A stretch of 64,000 nt of DNA from Synechococcus sp. (GTDB lineage Bacteria; Cyanobacteriota; Cyanobacteriia; PCC-6307; Cyanobiaceae): the NCBI GenBank assembly GCA_047284725.1, contig JBJBEO010000001.1, positions 1,880,203 to 1,944,202 of the forward strand, in the 5' to 3' direction. Of the stretch, positions 1 through 10,969 are shown piece by piece. The notes under the pieces are model-generated. The model did no database searches. It was not told the DNA's origin and worked only from the letters and a program-made list of their open reading frames with translations. The first letter of the stretch is position 1; each line of letters begins with the position of its first letter. The position numbers and the translations under genes are program-made.

Positions 1-435
1 CACCTGAGAGATCAGGCGACGATTGGCCTCCTCCGGGAACGGATCAAAAATATTGTCGGTGCGGAGCCCCGCCTCCACATGGCCAACCGGGATCTGCTCG
101 TAGAACGCCGCGAGAGATGCAGCAAAGGCTGTTGTCGTGTCTCCCTGGACTAACACCAGTGATGGGGGATAGGCCTGAAAGTCATCCCTGAGCCCCTGGA
201 GGGCCGCGCAGGTCACGTGGGTGAGGGTCTGACGGGGTGCCATCAGATCGAGGTCGTGGTCAGCCTTGATCCCAAAAAGATCCATCACCTGCGTGACCAT
301 CTCGCGATGCTGCCCGGTGAGCACAACCCGCGTTTTCAGGCGATCACAGGCCTGGAACTCTTGAATCACCGGCGCCAACTTGATCGCCTCAGGCCGGGTG
401 CCGAGCACAATCGTCACCCTGGGCTTCCCAGCCAT
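1..435 (-). CDS. wecB: UDP-N-acetylglucosamine 2-epimerase (5' part; runs off the left edge of the window)
   Basis: Manual translation from the ATG at 435 gives MAGKPRVTIVLGTRPEAIKLAPV...HVEAGLRTDNIFDPFPEEANRRLI, containing the GTRPEAIK and HVEAGLR signature motifs. Absent from the ORF track because it is truncated. Confidence 0.95.
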   Translation of the reverse strand, partial: MAGKPRVTIVLGTRPEAIKLAPVIQEFQACDRLKTRVVLTGQHREMVTQVMDLFGIKADHDLDLMAPRQTLTHVTCAALQGLRDDFQAYPPSLVLVQGDTTTAFAASLAAFYEQIPVGHVEAGLRTDNIFDPFPEEANRRLISQV

Positions 436-529
436 AGGACCAACCACGTTCGAAACACTCTAAGAGCGATTGAAGGTTGCAAGATCCGCAGCTTTGGCGA
501 TGCTGAAGAGATCAGCCAGAGAGACTGCC

Positions 530-1753
530 GTGACCAGTCCGGTCTTCCCCCCCGGGTTCCCCCCTCTTCCCCAGCAGCCCGAGGCGGCACCGAGCCAGAG
601 CGGTACCCGAATTCCTGCCTCCAGTCCCGCCGAGCGCCGAGCCCCTGCGCCAACCCCGCCTGCGCCAACCACAACGCCAGCCCCCCGGGGGCAAGGGCCA
701 ACCCTCGAGGAGATCGTGCGGATCGCGAATGACGCCGGCCACTCCGATGTGCACCTGGGTGTTGGAGAAACACCCCGCTATCGCGCCCGCGGAGAAATGC
801 AGCTCACCGAATGGCCGGTGAGCACACCGGAGGTTTTCCAGGCCTGGCTTCAGGAAATCCTGACACCACACCAGATTGATTCCTTTACGACCCACAAGGA
901 ATTCGACGGATCCCACGCGTTCCCTTTCGTGCGCGTCAGGATCAACCTGCTCGATTCACTGCACGGGCCAGCGATGGTGCTGCGCCTGATTCCCCAGACG
1001 ATCCTCACCCTGGAACAGCTGCATCTGCCGGATGTGCTGCAGGAACTGTCGTCGCGTCCCAAGGGACTGGTGCTGGTGACTGGACCCACGGGCTCAGGCA
1101 AGAGCACCACCCTCGCCGCCATGATCGATTGGATCAACAGTCACCAGACCAGGCACATCCTCACGATTGAGGATCCTGTGGAGTTTGTGCATCAGAGCCG
1201 GAATTCCCTGATCCGCCACCGCGAGGTGGGACAACACACACTCAAATTCCACAACGCCTTACGGGCGGCCTTGCGCGAAGACCCCGACGTGATCCTGGTG
1301 GGGGAGATTCGTGATCGCGAGACCCTGAGCACAGCCCTGGAGGCATCCCAAACCGGTCACCTGGTGTTCGGCACGCTCCACACCAACTCAGCGGTGAAAA
1401 CCGTGGAACGCGTCCTCGGCATGTATCCCCCCGATGAACAGGAGAGCGTGCGTCGGGCACTGTCGGAATCGTTGCTCGGGGTGATTGCCCAGGGTCTGAT
1501 CCGCACCACGGATGGCAAGCGTGCCGCCTACCACGACATCTTGATCAACACCGATGCCTGCAGGGATTACATCCAGCGAGGGGCCCTTGATGAGGTCGAG
1601 GAAATCATGGAGCGCAGTCGTTTTGATGGCATGTGCACCATCAACCAGTCGCTGCTTGAACTGGTTCAGGCCGACAAGGTGGAAGCGCAGAGTGCGATAG
1701 CCGTGAGCCTCAAGCCCAATGAACTGGCGCAGGCCCTGCGCGGCAGGAGTTAG
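530..1753 (+). CDS. pilT: PilT/PilU-family type IV pilus retraction ATPase with Pro-rich N-terminal extension
   Basis: SDVHL, Walker A GPTGSGKSTT, TIEDPVE, LREDPDVILVGEIRD and GHLVFGTLHT motifs. GTG start at 530 chosen; the ORF is open from 470. Confidence 0.9.
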   Translation: MTSPVFPPGFPPLPQQPEAAPSQSGTRIPASSPAERRAPAPTPPAPTTTPAPRGQGPTLEEIVRIANDAGHSDVHLGVGETPRYRARGEMQLTEWPVSTPEVFQAWLQEILTPHQIDSFTTHKEFDGSHAFPFVRVRINLLDSLHGPAMVLRLIPQTILTLEQLHLPDVLQELSSRPKGLVLVTGPTGSGKSTTLAAMIDWINSHQTRHILTIEDPVEFVHQSRNSLIRHREVGQHTLKFHNALRAALREDPDVILVGEIRDRETLSTALEASQTGHLVFGTLHTNSAVKTVERVLGMYPPDEQESVRRALSESLLGVIAQGLIRTTDGKRAAYHDILINTDACRDYIQRGALDEVEEIMERSRFDGMCTINQSLLELVQADKVEAQSAIAVSLKPNELAQALRGRS

Positions 1754-1780
1754 ACGACAGATCGCACAGCGCAAACAGCC

Positions 1781-1969
1781 TCAGAAGAAGCTGCCCCTGA
1801 CCAAACGGACGATCAACAGAATCCCCAGGCCGACGGAAAGACCAAGCATCGCCAGTCGTCCATTCCAGATCTCAGCCTGGGGCGTGAAACCACGCCGCCA
1901 GGAATTGAGTTCACCTTTGGAGACATCTTCGACCTGGGTGCCACGGTCCGATGGTGACTGGGAATCCAT
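1781..1969 (-). CDS. hli: High-light inducible protein (HLIP/SCP)
   Basis: 62 aa with GFTPQAEIWNGRLAMLG (ExxNxR chlorophyll-binding motif) and a single TM helix. Confidence 0.93.
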   Translation of the reverse strand: MDSQSPSDRGTQVEDVSKGELNSWRRGFTPQAEIWNGRLAMLGLSVGLGILLIVRLVRGSFF

Positions 1970-2008
1970 GGCAGACGAAACTCTAATCGGATCGTAAGAA
2001 CAAACCTC

Positions 2009-3079
2009 TCAGAACGGCGGCGGATGGGCTTGAAGGGCCGACGCCTGATCGAGGGGCCAGCGCGCTGAGACCCCCAAGGACAGAGCACTGCGCTGCACAC
2101 CCCGAGCCAACCGCTGCAGGGCCGCCGCGCCCACCATGGCGGCGTTGTCCGTGCAATACGCCAAAGGCGCACAATGCACGGACACGCCGGCCTTGGCACC
2201 GCACGTTTCCATCAAGTCCCGTAATCGATGGTTCGCCGCCACGCCCCCCACCATCACGAGGCTGCTGAGTTGATGCTCGCTGCAGCACCGCAAACTGCGT
2301 TCCACCAGCACGTCGGCCACCACTTGCTCAAAACTCGCCGCCAGATCAGCCAGAGGAAGCTCCTCTGACTGCTGCCTCAAGGACTCGACCTGTCGGAGCA
2401 TCGCTGTTTTCAAACCACTGAAGGAGAAGTCATAGGGGTAGAAACCGCCCTCAGGTCGCTTCACCCGCCCTTTCGGCAGCGCGAAACGGCGGGCATTGCC
2501 TTGCACCGCGGCCGCCTGAATCGCAGGCCCGCCCGGATAGCCCAAGCCCAGCAAACGGGCCACTTTGTCGAAGGCTTCGCCTGCAGCATCGTCATGACTG
2601 CGACCGAACCGCTGCATCTCTCCATCAGACCCCACCCGAATCAATTCGGTGTGGCCACCACTCACCAGCAGCACCAAGTATGGGGGCTGCGGGGGATCCT
2701 CAGCCAATTGCACGGAGGCCAGATGGCCCTCCAGATGATGAATCGCCAAAAAAGGGCGTTGATGCAGCGCAGCCAGCGTGCGTGCCGTCACCGATCCCAC
2801 CATCAGGGCTCCCACCAGACCTGGAGCCACCGTTGATGCCACGGCATCAAGCTGTTCGACCCCGACACCGGCCTCGCTCAGCACCGTCTCAACAAGATGG
2901 GGAAGGGCCTCCACATGGCGGCGAGAGGCGATTTCAGGCACAACCCCTCCCCACTGGGCATGCTCTTCCACCTGGGAAGCGATGCGATGGGCGAGCACCT
3001 CCAATCCGCCCCCCCGACGCCGCACAATGGCGGCAGCCGACTCGTCACAACTTGTTTCGAGCGCCAGCACGGTGGTCAT
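2009..3079 (-). CDS. tsaD: tRNA N6-adenosine threonylcarbamoyltransferase
   Basis: [45 protein letters not shown] and DNAAM motifs. Confidence 0.97.
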   Translation of the reverse strand: MTTVLALETSCDESAAAIVRRRGGGLEVLAHRIASQVEEHAQWGGVVPEIASRRHVEALPHLVETVLSEAGVGVEQLDAVASTVAPGLVGALMVGSVTARTLAALHQRPFLAIHHLEGHLASVQLAEDPPQPPYLVLLVSGGHTELIRVGSDGEMQRFGRSHDDAAGEAFDKVARLLGLGYPGGPAIQAAAVQGNARRFALPKGRVKRPEGGFYPYDFSFSGLKTAMLRQVESLRQQSEELPLADLAASFEQVVADVLVERSLRCCSEHQLSSLVMVGGVAANHRLRDLMETCGAKAGVSVHCAPLAYCTDNAAMVGAAALQRLARGVQRSALSLGVSARWPLDQASALQAHPPPF

Positions 3080-3156
3080 TCGACTGGGCAGCCTCCCCTA
3101 GTGTCCTCATGTGACATCCTGCCGTTTCGGGGCAGGCTCAATCAGGAATCGTTCCG

Positions 3157-3636
3157 ATGCGTCGTCTCTTCGCCCTTGCGCTTTCGGCCCTTCTTGTCTT
3201 CGGCTTCGCCCCTGTTGCCAAGGCTGATGTGGCAGGTCTGACTCCCTGTTCCGAGAGTGCTCGTTTCCAGCAGCGCGCGAGCGCAGCCGCCACTCCGCAG
3301 GCCAAAGCCCGCTTCGAGATGTACAGCCAGGCAGTCTGCGGTGACGATGGCCTTCCCCACTTGATCGTGGATGGCCGTTGGAGCCATGCCGGTGATTTCG
3401 TTTACCCCGGCCTGATGTTCCTTTACATCACCGGCTGCATCGGCTGGGCTGGTCGTGAGTACCTCAAGGCCACCCGTGGCACCAAGGACCAATACACCAA
3501 AGAGATCCAGATCGATCTGAAACTCGCCCTCAAGAGCTGCATTGCGGCTGCCACGTGGCCCCTGGCCGCATTCGGTGAGTTCACCAGCGGCAAGCTGCTG
3601 GAAAGCGACGACAAGGTGACCATTTCACCTCGCTGA
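3157..3636 (+). CDS. psaF: Photosystem I reaction centre subunit III
   Basis: Signal peptide, [33 protein letters not shown] and C-terminal ISPR. Confidence 0.97.
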   Translation: MRRLFALALSALLVFGFAPVAKADVAGLTPCSESARFQQRASAAATPQAKARFEMYSQAVCGDDGLPHLIVDGRWSHAGDFVYPGLMFLYITGCIGWAGREYLKATRGTKDQYTKEIQIDLKLALKSCIAAATWPLAAFGEFTSGKLLESDDKVTISPR

Positions 3637-3682
3637 TCGCCGATCGGCCCTTCATCTCCAACGTTCTTCCCTTTGTCTTCCG

Positions 3683-3799
3683 ATGCAGAAATTCCTCACC
3701 ACCGCCCCTGTGGTTGCCGCGATCTGGTTCACCCTCACAGCAGGCATCCTGATTGAGTGGAACCGCTTCTTCCCCGATCTCCTCTTCCACCCCATGTGA
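3683..3799 (+). CDS. psaJ: Photosystem I reaction centre subunit IX
   Basis: Manual translation [38 protein letters not shown] (38 aa), directly after psaF. Confidence 0.97.
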   Translation: MQKFLTTAPVVAAIWFTLTAGILIEWNRFFPDLLFHPM

Positions 3800-3803
3800 G
3801 TGG

Positions 3804-3855
3804 TTGAGACCCTTAAAAAAGGTGGGGCCTGAGGCCCCTTTTTTAATGGTCTCAA
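3804..3855. terminator. Bidirectional rho-independent terminator between convergent psaJ and gmk
   Basis: GGGGCC-TGA-GGCCCC core flanked by an A-tract and a T-tract, inside the longer inverted repeat TTGAGACC...GGTCTCAA. Confidence 0.88.
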
Positions 3856-3893
3856 GTTGATGCACAACCCTGCTGATTCAAGGCAACCAGGCG

Positions 3894-4460
3894 TTAGGTG
3901 AGAGCCATCAACCGTTCAAGGTCGACCAACGCCTGATCAAGGTTGTCGTTGACAACAACAGCGTCAAATTCGTCACAGGCGGCAAGCTCTTCCCGCGCCC
4001 GCTCAAGACGACGGAGGATCGCCTCTTCCGCATCAGTGCCGCGACCACGAATGCGCTGTTCCAGCACCTCAAAACTGGGAGGCGCCAGAAAAATCTGAAA
4101 GGCATCGGGAAAACTACGCCGAACTTGCCGAGCCCCCTCGAGCTCAATCTCCAGAAGCACAGGAGATCCGGCCTGCAGGCGGTCTTGCACAGGAGCACGA
4201 GGCGTTCCGTAGCAGTTACCAGCGAATTCGGCCCACTCCAGAAGCCCGCCCTCGGCCAAAAGAGCCTCGAAGCCTTCACGACTATGGAAAAAGTAATGCG
4301 TTCCGTCCTGTTCTCCCTCGCGAGGTGAACGGGTGGTGGCGGAAACCGACAGCCAGAGCTTGGGATGCCTTTGCAACAGTCGACTCACCAAGGTTCCTTT
4401 GCCCACTCCGCTGGGGCCGGTGAGCACCGTGAGCCTGGCGGTTGTCTCAGAAGCGGCCAT
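3894..4460 (-). CDS. gmk: Guanylate kinase
   Basis: [10 protein letters not shown]-loop, [13 protein letters not shown] and [16 protein letters not shown] at 4460 chosen. Confidence 0.96.
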   Translation of the reverse strand: MAASETTARLTVLTGPSGVGKGTLVSRLLQRHPKLWLSVSATTRSPREGEQDGTHYFFHSREGFEALLAEGGLLEWAEFAGNCYGTPRAPVQDRLQAGSPVLLEIELEGARQVRRSFPDAFQIFLAPPSFEVLEQRIRGRGTDAEEAILRRLERAREELAACDEFDAVVVNDNLDQALVDLERLMALT

Positions 4461-4526
4461 GGGAGGTTTGAGGTCACCCTGCAGAGTAGAGAGGCATCCC
4501 GCTGGGCCGAGTTGGCTGACTGACTG

Positions 4527-6275
4527 ATGGGTTCGCCCCTTCCCCAGGTCATGGACTTCACCACTCTGAGGGCCGTGGTGAGTGATCTGGATGGCCGCAT
4601 CCTGCCCAGCCGCTTTGAAAAAGCTCAACAGTCGGATCCCCAGACTCTCCAGCTTGGCTTTCGCACCCTGAAGGGCATGGTGTGGCTTGAGCTGAGCTGG
4701 CGAGCCGAATGCCCCCGCCTGGTTCAGATCCCGCCACCACCCCGCGATGGTTCAGGCAGCACCCTTGCGCAGCAGCTCCAGCACGCCCTGCGCCAACTCG
4801 CCCTTGTGCAACTCAGTCAGGAGGGGTTTGAACGGGTCGTGACGTTCTCATTCGCCAGCCGACCTGGCGATCCCCTGCAACGAACTCTCGTGCTGGAACT
4901 GATGGGCCGTCACAGCAACCTGTTACTTCTGGATGAGACCCAGCGCGTCATCGCCCTGGGCCGACAGGTGCGCGACCACCAATCCCGAGTGCGTCCAATC
5001 GGCACCGGTGACCGTTATGTGCCACCGCCACCGCTGCAGAGCATGCCGCCAGAGCGAGAGGAGAGCTTCGATCGCTGGCAACAGCGCCTCAGCCTGGTGC
5101 CAGTGACCCTGGGCAAGGCCCTGCCTCAGACCTACCAGGGCATCAGCCCTGCATTGGCACGCCAACTCGCCTCGAACCAAGCCAAAAGCGCCACAGACCT
5201 GCTGAACACGCCAGTGCAGCACTTGAGCCAGCAGCAATGGCGTGGCCTGCACTGTCAATGGCAGCAATGGCTCACATGTCTCGAACGGGGCCAGTTCGGC
5301 GTCAACCCTGCGGATGCCATGGCCACCGGCTACAGCGTCTGGCCAGCCGAAGGAGCATCCAGGGGGACACACCAACCCCCTTGGTTACGCAGTGCAGAAC
5401 CCTTGAGCCTGAGCCTTGGTCGCTACTACACCTCTCAGCTGCAGAGACGAGCGCTGGCGCAACAGAGCGACGAGCTGAGGCAGCAACTGATCCAGGCTCG
5501 AAAGCGCGAACAAAACCAGCTCAACGAACAGATCAGCCGACTGAAGGCCACGGAACAAGCACCGGAGCTGCAGCAACAGGCCGATGCGCTGTTCTGCCTG
5601 CAAAGCCCAAACCGCGACGAGATCGCCCAGGCCCAGAAGCTCTATCAACGCGCCAAGAAACTGCGGCGTGCCGTCCCCCAACTGGAGGAGCGCCAACGCC
5701 ACCATCGCCAGCGTTTGGCTCTGATCGATGGCAGTGAAGCGTTTCTCGATGATGTGCTCGCCGCCGACTGGGACCAAAGCGAGCAACGTCTCCAACGCCT
5801 GAGCGAACTCCGCCATGAAGCACAGGAGCTGCTGATCCCTCGTCAACGGGGACGCAAGCGCCCTGGGGTGCAGCGCAAACAAGGGCACCCGCAACCGCTG
5901 GAGCTCCAGTCCCCTTCCGGTCTGACCATCCAAGTGGGCCGGAACCACCGTCAGAACGACTGGATCAGTCTGCGTCAGGCAAAACCGGGAGATCTCTGGT
6001 TCCACGCCCAGGAATGTCCAGGCAGTCATGTGGTGCTGAAAGCCTCCACATGCCCTGCCGATGACGATGACCTGAGACTCGCCGCAGACCTGGCGGCATT
6101 GTTCAGCCGCGCCCGCGGAAACCGACGGGTCGCCGTCGTGATGGTGCCCGTGGAGCAGCTGCAGCGGATTGTCGGTGCCGGACCAGGCACCGTGCGCCAT
6201 AAAGGAGGAACCGTTTGCTGGGCTGAGCCGGAGCGAGCCGGGCGTCAGCTGCAGTCTGGAAAACTTCTAGCCTGA
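4527..6275 (+). CDS. rqcH: NFACT/FbpA-family protein (ribosome quality-control factor RqcH-like)
   Basis: [10 protein letters not shown]-terminus, [14 protein letters not shown], coiled-coil region and NFACT-R motifs VGRNHRQND and [16 protein letters not shown]. Confidence 0.88.
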   Translation: MGSPLPQVMDFTTLRAVVSDLDGRILPSRFEKAQQSDPQTLQLGFRTLKGMVWLELSWRAECPRLVQIPPPPRDGSGSTLAQQLQHALRQLALVQLSQEGFERVVTFSFASRPGDPLQRTLVLELMGRHSNLLLLDETQRVIALGRQVRDHQSRVRPIGTGDRYVPPPPLQSMPPEREESFDRWQQRLSLVPVTLGKALPQTYQGISPALARQLASNQAKSATDLLNTPVQHLSQQQWRGLHCQWQQWLTCLERGQFGVNPADAMATGYSVWPAEGASRGTHQPPWLRSAEPLSLSLGRYYTSQLQRRALAQQSDELRQQLIQARKREQNQLNEQISRLKATEQAPELQQQADALFCLQSPNRDEIAQAQKLYQRAKKLRRAVPQLEERQRHHRQRLALIDGSEAFLDDVLAADWDQSEQRLQRLSELRHEAQELLIPRQRGRKRPGVQRKQGHPQPLELQSPSGLTIQVGRNHRQNDWISLRQAKPGDLWFHAQECPGSHVVLKASTCPADDDDLRLAADLAALFSRARGNRRVAVVMVPVEQLQRIVGAGPGTVRHKGGTVCWAEPERAGRQLQSGKLLA

Positions 6276-6407
6276 TCCCAGTCAAAACAAGACCCTCTGA
6301 GCCCCACCAATCCGATCGACCAGCAGGACGACGCCCCTCAGCCGCTTCCGCCACCACCACCGATTCGGATCGGCAGTACGGCACCTGATCTGCCATCCGA
6401 TCAGGAG

Positions 6408-7142
6408 ATGCCCCTTGTCGATCATCTCGAAGAACTGCGTCAGCGCGTGTTACGCAGCCTGATCGCCGTGGTGGTGGCAGCTCTGGCATGCCTGGTGGTC
6501 GTCAAGCCATTGGTGCGATTGCTGGAGGAGCCGGCAGGTTCGATTCATTTCCTTCAGCTTGCACCGGGCGAGTTTCTGTTCGTGTCGTTCAAGGTGGCGG
6601 GTTACGCAGGCTTGACCCTCGCCCTTCCCTACGTCCTCTATCAGGGGCTGGCTTTTGTGCTGCCGGGTCTCACCCGCAAAGAACGCCGCTTGATTGCCCC
6701 TGCGGTGGCTGGCTCCGCGGTGCTGTTCCTGGCAGGTCTGGCCTTTGCCTGGTGGGCGCTCGTGCCAGCGGCTCTTCGCTTTCTGGTCAGCTACGGCGCT
6801 GATGTGGTCGAGCCGCTGTGGTCAATCGAGCGCTATCTGGATTTTGTCCTCCTGCTGATGCTGGCCACAGGTCTGGCCTTTCAGCTGCCGGTGCTGCAGC
6901 TGCTCCTGGGACTGTTTGGCCTGCTGAGCTGGCGATCGATGCTGGCGGCCTGGCGCTGGGTGGTTCTGTCAGCCGCCCTGGCAGGAGCCGTGCTCACCCC
7001 GTCCACCGACCCGGTGACCATGCTCCTGTTAGCTGGAGCGATCACAGCCCTGTTCCTGATCGGCGTGGGATTGGTGGCAGCCACCCAGGGCTTTAAAGCA
7101 GAAACTCCTCAAGACGCTCAGCCCCCTGGAGCGGCAGGCTGA
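6408..7142 (+). CDS. tatC: Twin-arginine translocase subunit TatC (true start may be upstream; see findings)
   Basis: MPLVDHLEELRQR, APGEF, FVLPGL..E, FQLP and LTPSTDP motifs; about 6 TM segments. Confidence 0.95.
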   Translation: MPLVDHLEELRQRVLRSLIAVVVAALACLVVVKPLVRLLEEPAGSIHFLQLAPGEFLFVSFKVAGYAGLTLALPYVLYQGLAFVLPGLTRKERRLIAPAVAGSAVLFLAGLAFAWWALVPAALRFLVSYGADVVEPLWSIERYLDFVLLLMLATGLAFQLPVLQLLLGLFGLLSWRSMLAAWRWVVLSAALAGAVLTPSTDPVTMLLLAGAITALFLIGVGLVAATQGFKAETPQDAQPPGAAG

Positions 7143-7437
7143 GGGCCTTGCCAAGCCGTGGGCGATCGCGGGTGGTGGAGAGCCAATCACGCACCACATC
7201 GGCCTGAGCTAAACGATTCACAACATCAATCACCTTGGCGATGTGCTCCCGATAAGCGGATTCGTCGAGGGGAAACGACTGTTGCTCAAGAAAAGCCCAC
7301 ATCACGTGCAGGTAAAGACGGCCTCTGCGCACCACCAGCTGAAGGTCGTAACTCGCCTGCCAGCGCTGCTGCAGGCAGCTGATCACCTCATCCACGGTGA
7401 GAGGGCGAGGTGCCCCTGCTGCGATTTGGTCAAGCAC
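7093..7437 (-). CDS. Conserved cyanobacterial/plastid protein, DUF3067-like
   Basis: W..SYDLQL...LHVMWAFLEQQSFPL.E..Y..H and RPRLGKA motifs; typical position next to petC. Confidence 0.8.
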   Translation of the reverse strand: MLDQIAAGAPRPLTVDEVISCLQQRWQASYDLQLVVRRGRLYLHVMWAFLEQQSFPLDESAYREHIAKVIDVVNRLAQADVVRDWLSTTRDRPRLGKALSLPLQGAERLEEFLL

Positions 7438-7541
7438 GGAGTCGGCAGTTCAAACAGTCGTTAAAGCCCTGTCATCGCAAAGCGTGAAGAGACCTTTAGC
7501 GTCCATAATGGTCGCCATTCAGTGACGGTTGATCACCCGCC

Positions 7542-8078
7542 ATGACCCAAGCTTCCTCGAGCGATGTTCCCGGAATGGGTCGTCGGCAGTTCATGAATCT
7601 GCTGACCTTCGGCTCCGTGACCGGCGTTGCCCTGGGTGCTCTCTATCCGGTGGCCAACTACTTCATCCCTCCCCGCGCAGCAGGTGGCGGTGGTGGAACC
7701 ACCGCAAAAGACGAGCTCGGGAATCCCGTCACAGCCTCTGGCTGGCTGAGCACCCACTCCACAGGCGACCGCAGCCTTGTGCAGGGCTTGAAAGGTGATC
7801 CCACCTACCTGATCGTCGAAGGCGACGACGCCATCGGCAGCTACGGCATCAATGCCATCTGCACCCATCTGGGTTGCGTTGTGCCCTGGAACAGCGGCGC
7901 GAACAAGTTTATGTGTCCTTGTCACGGCAGCCAGTACGACGCCACCGGCAAGGTGGTGCGTGGCCCTGCTCCCCTCTCCCTGGCCCTGGCCAACGTGAGC
8001 GTTGAGAACGACAACGTCTTCGTGAGCCAGTGGACCGAAACCGACTTCCGCACGGGCGAGAAGCCCTGGTGGGCCTGA
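7542..8078 (+). CDS. petC: Cytochrome b6f Rieske iron-sulfur subunit
   Basis: Tat motif RRQFM and Rieske boxes CTHLGCVV and CPCHGSQY. Confidence 0.98.
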   Translation: MTQASSSDVPGMGRRQFMNLLTFGSVTGVALGALYPVANYFIPPRAAGGGGGTTAKDELGNPVTASGWLSTHSTGDRSLVQGLKGDPTYLIVEGDDAIGSYGINAICTHLGCVVPWNSGANKFMCPCHGSQYDATGKVVRGPAPLSLALANVSVENDNVFVSQWTETDFRTGEKPWWA

Positions 8079-8122
8079 TCAACCCAAGCGTTTCTCTCTA
8101 CCTCCCCCGCTCCTCGTCCCCC

Positions 8123-9055
8123 ATGCGCCGTCTCCTTTCACCTTTGTTTGCTGCTCTGATCGTCGGCATCGCTGTTCTCACGGCCCCAACAGCCTCCTGG
8201 GCCTATCCCTTCTGGGCTCAACAGAACTACGAAAACCCCAGGGAAGCCACGGGCAAGATCGTTTGCGCCAACTGCCACCTCGCCAAAAAGCTCACTCAGG
8301 TCGAGCTGCCTCAGTCCGTTCTGCCTGACACCGTCTTCACCGCAGCCGTGAAGATTCCCTATGAGCAGGGACTGCAGGAAGTTGGCGCCGATGGCAGCCA
8401 AGTTCCTCTCCAGGTTGGTGCCGTTGTTCAACTGCCCGACGGGTTCACCCTGGCTCCTCAGGATCGCTGGACTGACGCCATCAAAGAAGAGACCGAAGGC
8501 GTCTACTTCACTCAGTACAGCGACGATCAACCCAACATTCTTCTGGTCGGTCCCATCCCCGGCGACCAGCACCAGGAGATCGTGTTCCCGATCCTGTCTC
8601 CCGACCCTTCTGCCGACAGCAACATCCACTTCGGCAAGTACCAGGTATTCGTGGGCGGCAACCGCGGACGAGGCCAGGTCTATCCGACCGGTGAAAAGAG
8701 CAACAACACCCTCTTCACAGCTCCTGCTGCCGGCACGATTAGCGCCATCGCCCCCGGAGAGAATGGCGCCAATGTTGTCACCATCCAAGCCGCCGACGGC
8801 AGCACCACCGACGAAACAATCCCCGTCGGCCCCGAGCTCGCCGTCTCTGTGGGCGACCAGATTGAAGCAGGTGCAGCTTTGACCAACGATCCCAACGTCG
8901 GCGGCTTTGGCCAGATGGACGGGGAGATCGTCCTCCAGAACCCTGTGCGTATCTACGGCCTTCTGGCCTTCTTTGCCGCAGTGGCACTTGCTCAGATCCT
9001 GCTGGTGCTGAAGAAGAAGCAGGTTGAGAAGGTTCAGGCAGCTGAGGGCGTCTGA
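8123..9055 (+). CDS. petA: Apocytochrome f
   Basis: Signal peptide, mature start YPFWAQQ, CANCH heme motif, [11 protein letters not shown] and C-terminal [10 protein letters not shown]. Confidence 0.98.
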   Translation: MRRLLSPLFAALIVGIAVLTAPTASWAYPFWAQQNYENPREATGKIVCANCHLAKKLTQVELPQSVLPDTVFTAAVKIPYEQGLQEVGADGSQVPLQVGAVVQLPDGFTLAPQDRWTDAIKEETEGVYFTQYSDDQPNILLVGPIPGDQHQEIVFPILSPDPSADSNIHFGKYQVFVGGNRGRGQVYPTGEKSNNTLFTAPAAGTISAIAPGENGANVVTIQAADGSTTDETIPVGPELAVSVGDQIEAGAALTNDPNVGGFGQMDGEIVLQNPVRIYGLLAFFAAVALAQILLVLKKKQVEKVQAAEGV

Positions 9056-9060
9056 GGTCT

Positions 9061-9948
9061 GTGACGCTGACTGCGGTATTCACATCCCCTGGGCCCGAGT
9101 TCTTACAGCTCGGGCCTTTTGTTCTGCGCTGGTACGGGCTTCTGATTGCCCTGGCCGTCTTGATCGGGCTGAGTCTTTCCAGCTGGCTGGCACAACAGCG
9201 TCAACTGGAACAAGGCTTGATCAGCGATCTGCTGCCGATCCTGGTGCTCTCTGCCGTGATCGGTGCGCGGATTTATTACGTTGCGTTCGAGTGGCGGAAC
9301 TATGCCGGTGCTCCGCTCAAGGCTCTCGCGATCTGGGAAGGAGGCATCGCCATTCACGGTGCTCTGATTGCAGGAACACTGGCGGTGATCGGCTTCTGCC
9401 GGTGGCGCCGCCAATCCTTCTGGACCGTGCTGGATGTGCTGGTTCCATCTGTTGCTCTGGGCCAGGCGATCGGCCGCTGGGGCAACTTTTTCAACAGTGA
9501 AGCCTTCGGTGTTCCCACCGACCTCCCTTGGAAGCTCGCGATTCAGAACGTGCCTCCGAGATTGCAGACCCTCTTGGAAACGGCCGGGTTTGCTCAAACC
9601 CAGTTCTTCCACCCCACGTTTCTCTACGAATCCATCTGGAATCTCGGTGTGTTTGCCCTGCTGATCCTGCTCTTTCTCCAGGGACGGAAGGGCACCATCC
9701 AGTTGCCTGCCGGCGCCCTGAGCTGCGTTTATCTACTGGTCTACAGCCTTGGCCGTTTCTGGATTGAGGGACTTCGCATCGACCCTCTCTGTCTGGGGGG
9801 ACTTCCCCCATTCTGCGAGGGGGGACTTCGAATGGCCCAGGTGATGAGCTTTGGCCTCATGCTTCTCGCTGCTGCAGGCTTGTGGCGGCTGTATGGCCAT
9901 CACCGTGAGCTGCCCGATCCGGGCCTTCGTTCAGGACCAACCCCTTGA
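9061..9948 (+). CDS. lgt: Prolipoprotein diacylglyceryl transferase
   Basis: [34 protein letters not shown] and HPTFLYES motifs. Confidence 0.96.
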   Translation: MTLTAVFTSPGPEFLQLGPFVLRWYGLLIALAVLIGLSLSSWLAQQRQLEQGLISDLLPILVLSAVIGARIYYVAFEWRNYAGAPLKALAIWEGGIAIHGALIAGTLAVIGFCRWRRQSFWTVLDVLVPSVALGQAIGRWGNFFNSEAFGVPTDLPWKLAIQNVPPRLQTLLETAGFAQTQFFHPTFLYESIWNLGVFALLILLFLQGRKGTIQLPAGALSCVYLLVYSLGRFWIEGLRIDPLCLGGLPPFCEGGLRMAQVMSFGLMLLAAAGLWRLYGHHRELPDPGLRSGPTP

Positions 9949-9958
9949 TCCAGCTGTG

Positions 9959-10747
9959 ATGATTCACCCAGCGGTGTCCCCCACGCCAGTTCATGCCGCC
10001 GTTTCCATCGTGGGAGCTGGGCCTGGAGCGCCTGATCTGCTCACTCGCAGAGCGGAAAACAGGATCAAGCAAGCCGATGTCTTGGTCTGGACCGACTCAC
10101 TCGTCTCACCTCAAATTGCAGCCCTGGCAGCGGATGGCTGCGAAAGCGTCCGAACCAGCACCCTCACCCTGGAAGAGGTGCTTCCCCTCATGATCGACAG
10201 AGCCCAGAAGGGCCTCAAAGTTGTGCGTCTTCATGACGGTGACCCTTGCCTGTATGGAGCCCTGTCTGAACAGGTGTGTGGCCTGGCGGATGCCGGGATC
10301 GGTGTGGATGTGGTGCCGGGCATCAGCGCCTATCAAGCCACAGCCTCCGCAATGAACGCTGAATTGACGATTCCAGGCGTGGTGCAAACCATCGTGCTCA
10401 GCAGGGCCGGTGGACGCACTGGCGTCCCTGATGCCGAGAATCTCGCCAATCTGGCGCGGCTCCAAGCATCGCTGTGCCTCTATCTCAGCGCTCGTCATGT
10501 GGACGAGGTTCAGACCACCTTGCTGGAGCATTACCCAGACGACACGCCAGTCGCCATCGGCTACCGCGTGAGCTGGCCTGATCAATGGCTGCAAGTGGTT
10601 CCCCTCAAGGACATGGCCAGGGTGTCGCAAGATCGGAAACTGATCCGAACCACTCTTTATCTGGTGAGCCCAGCCCTGGCCCACCAAGGTCGACGTTCTC
10701 TGCTGTATTCCCCCAGCCATGACCACCTTTTCCGCCCCCATCGCTGA
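9959..10747 (+). CDS. cobM: Precorrin-4/cobalt-precorrin-4 C11-methyltransferase
   Basis: VGAGPGAPDLLT, RLHDGDPCLYGA, ELTIPGVVQT and SWPD motifs. Start could be GTG 9956 or ATG 9959. Confidence 0.92.
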   Translation: MIHPAVSPTPVHAAVSIVGAGPGAPDLLTRRAENRIKQADVLVWTDSLVSPQIAALAADGCESVRTSTLTLEEVLPLMIDRAQKGLKVVRLHDGDPCLYGALSEQVCGLADAGIGVDVVPGISAYQATASAMNAELTIPGVVQTIVLSRAGGRTGVPDAENLANLARLQASLCLYLSARHVDEVQTTLLEHYPDDTPVAIGYRVSWPDQWLQVVPLKDMARVSQDRKLIRTTLYLVSPALAHQGRRSLLYSPSHDHLFRPHR

Positions 10748-10788
10748 GCAAGGGAAGGCACCCGTGGTGGTCTAAGATCCATTGGTGC

Positions 10789-10860
<72 letters not shown>

Positions 10861-10969
10861 TTGTTTTTTGGCATTCAGCCCACGTTTGGCTGAGATATTG
10901 CTTAAAAGAAAGACAACTTTGACCATCTCTTCTATGGTCAGGCCGAACGAGCAGCTTGGTTCACTGCTT

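Noticed and set aside
1970..2008. Possible HLR1/RpaB direct repeat upstream of hli
   Set aside because: Only degenerate half-sites with non-canonical spacing.
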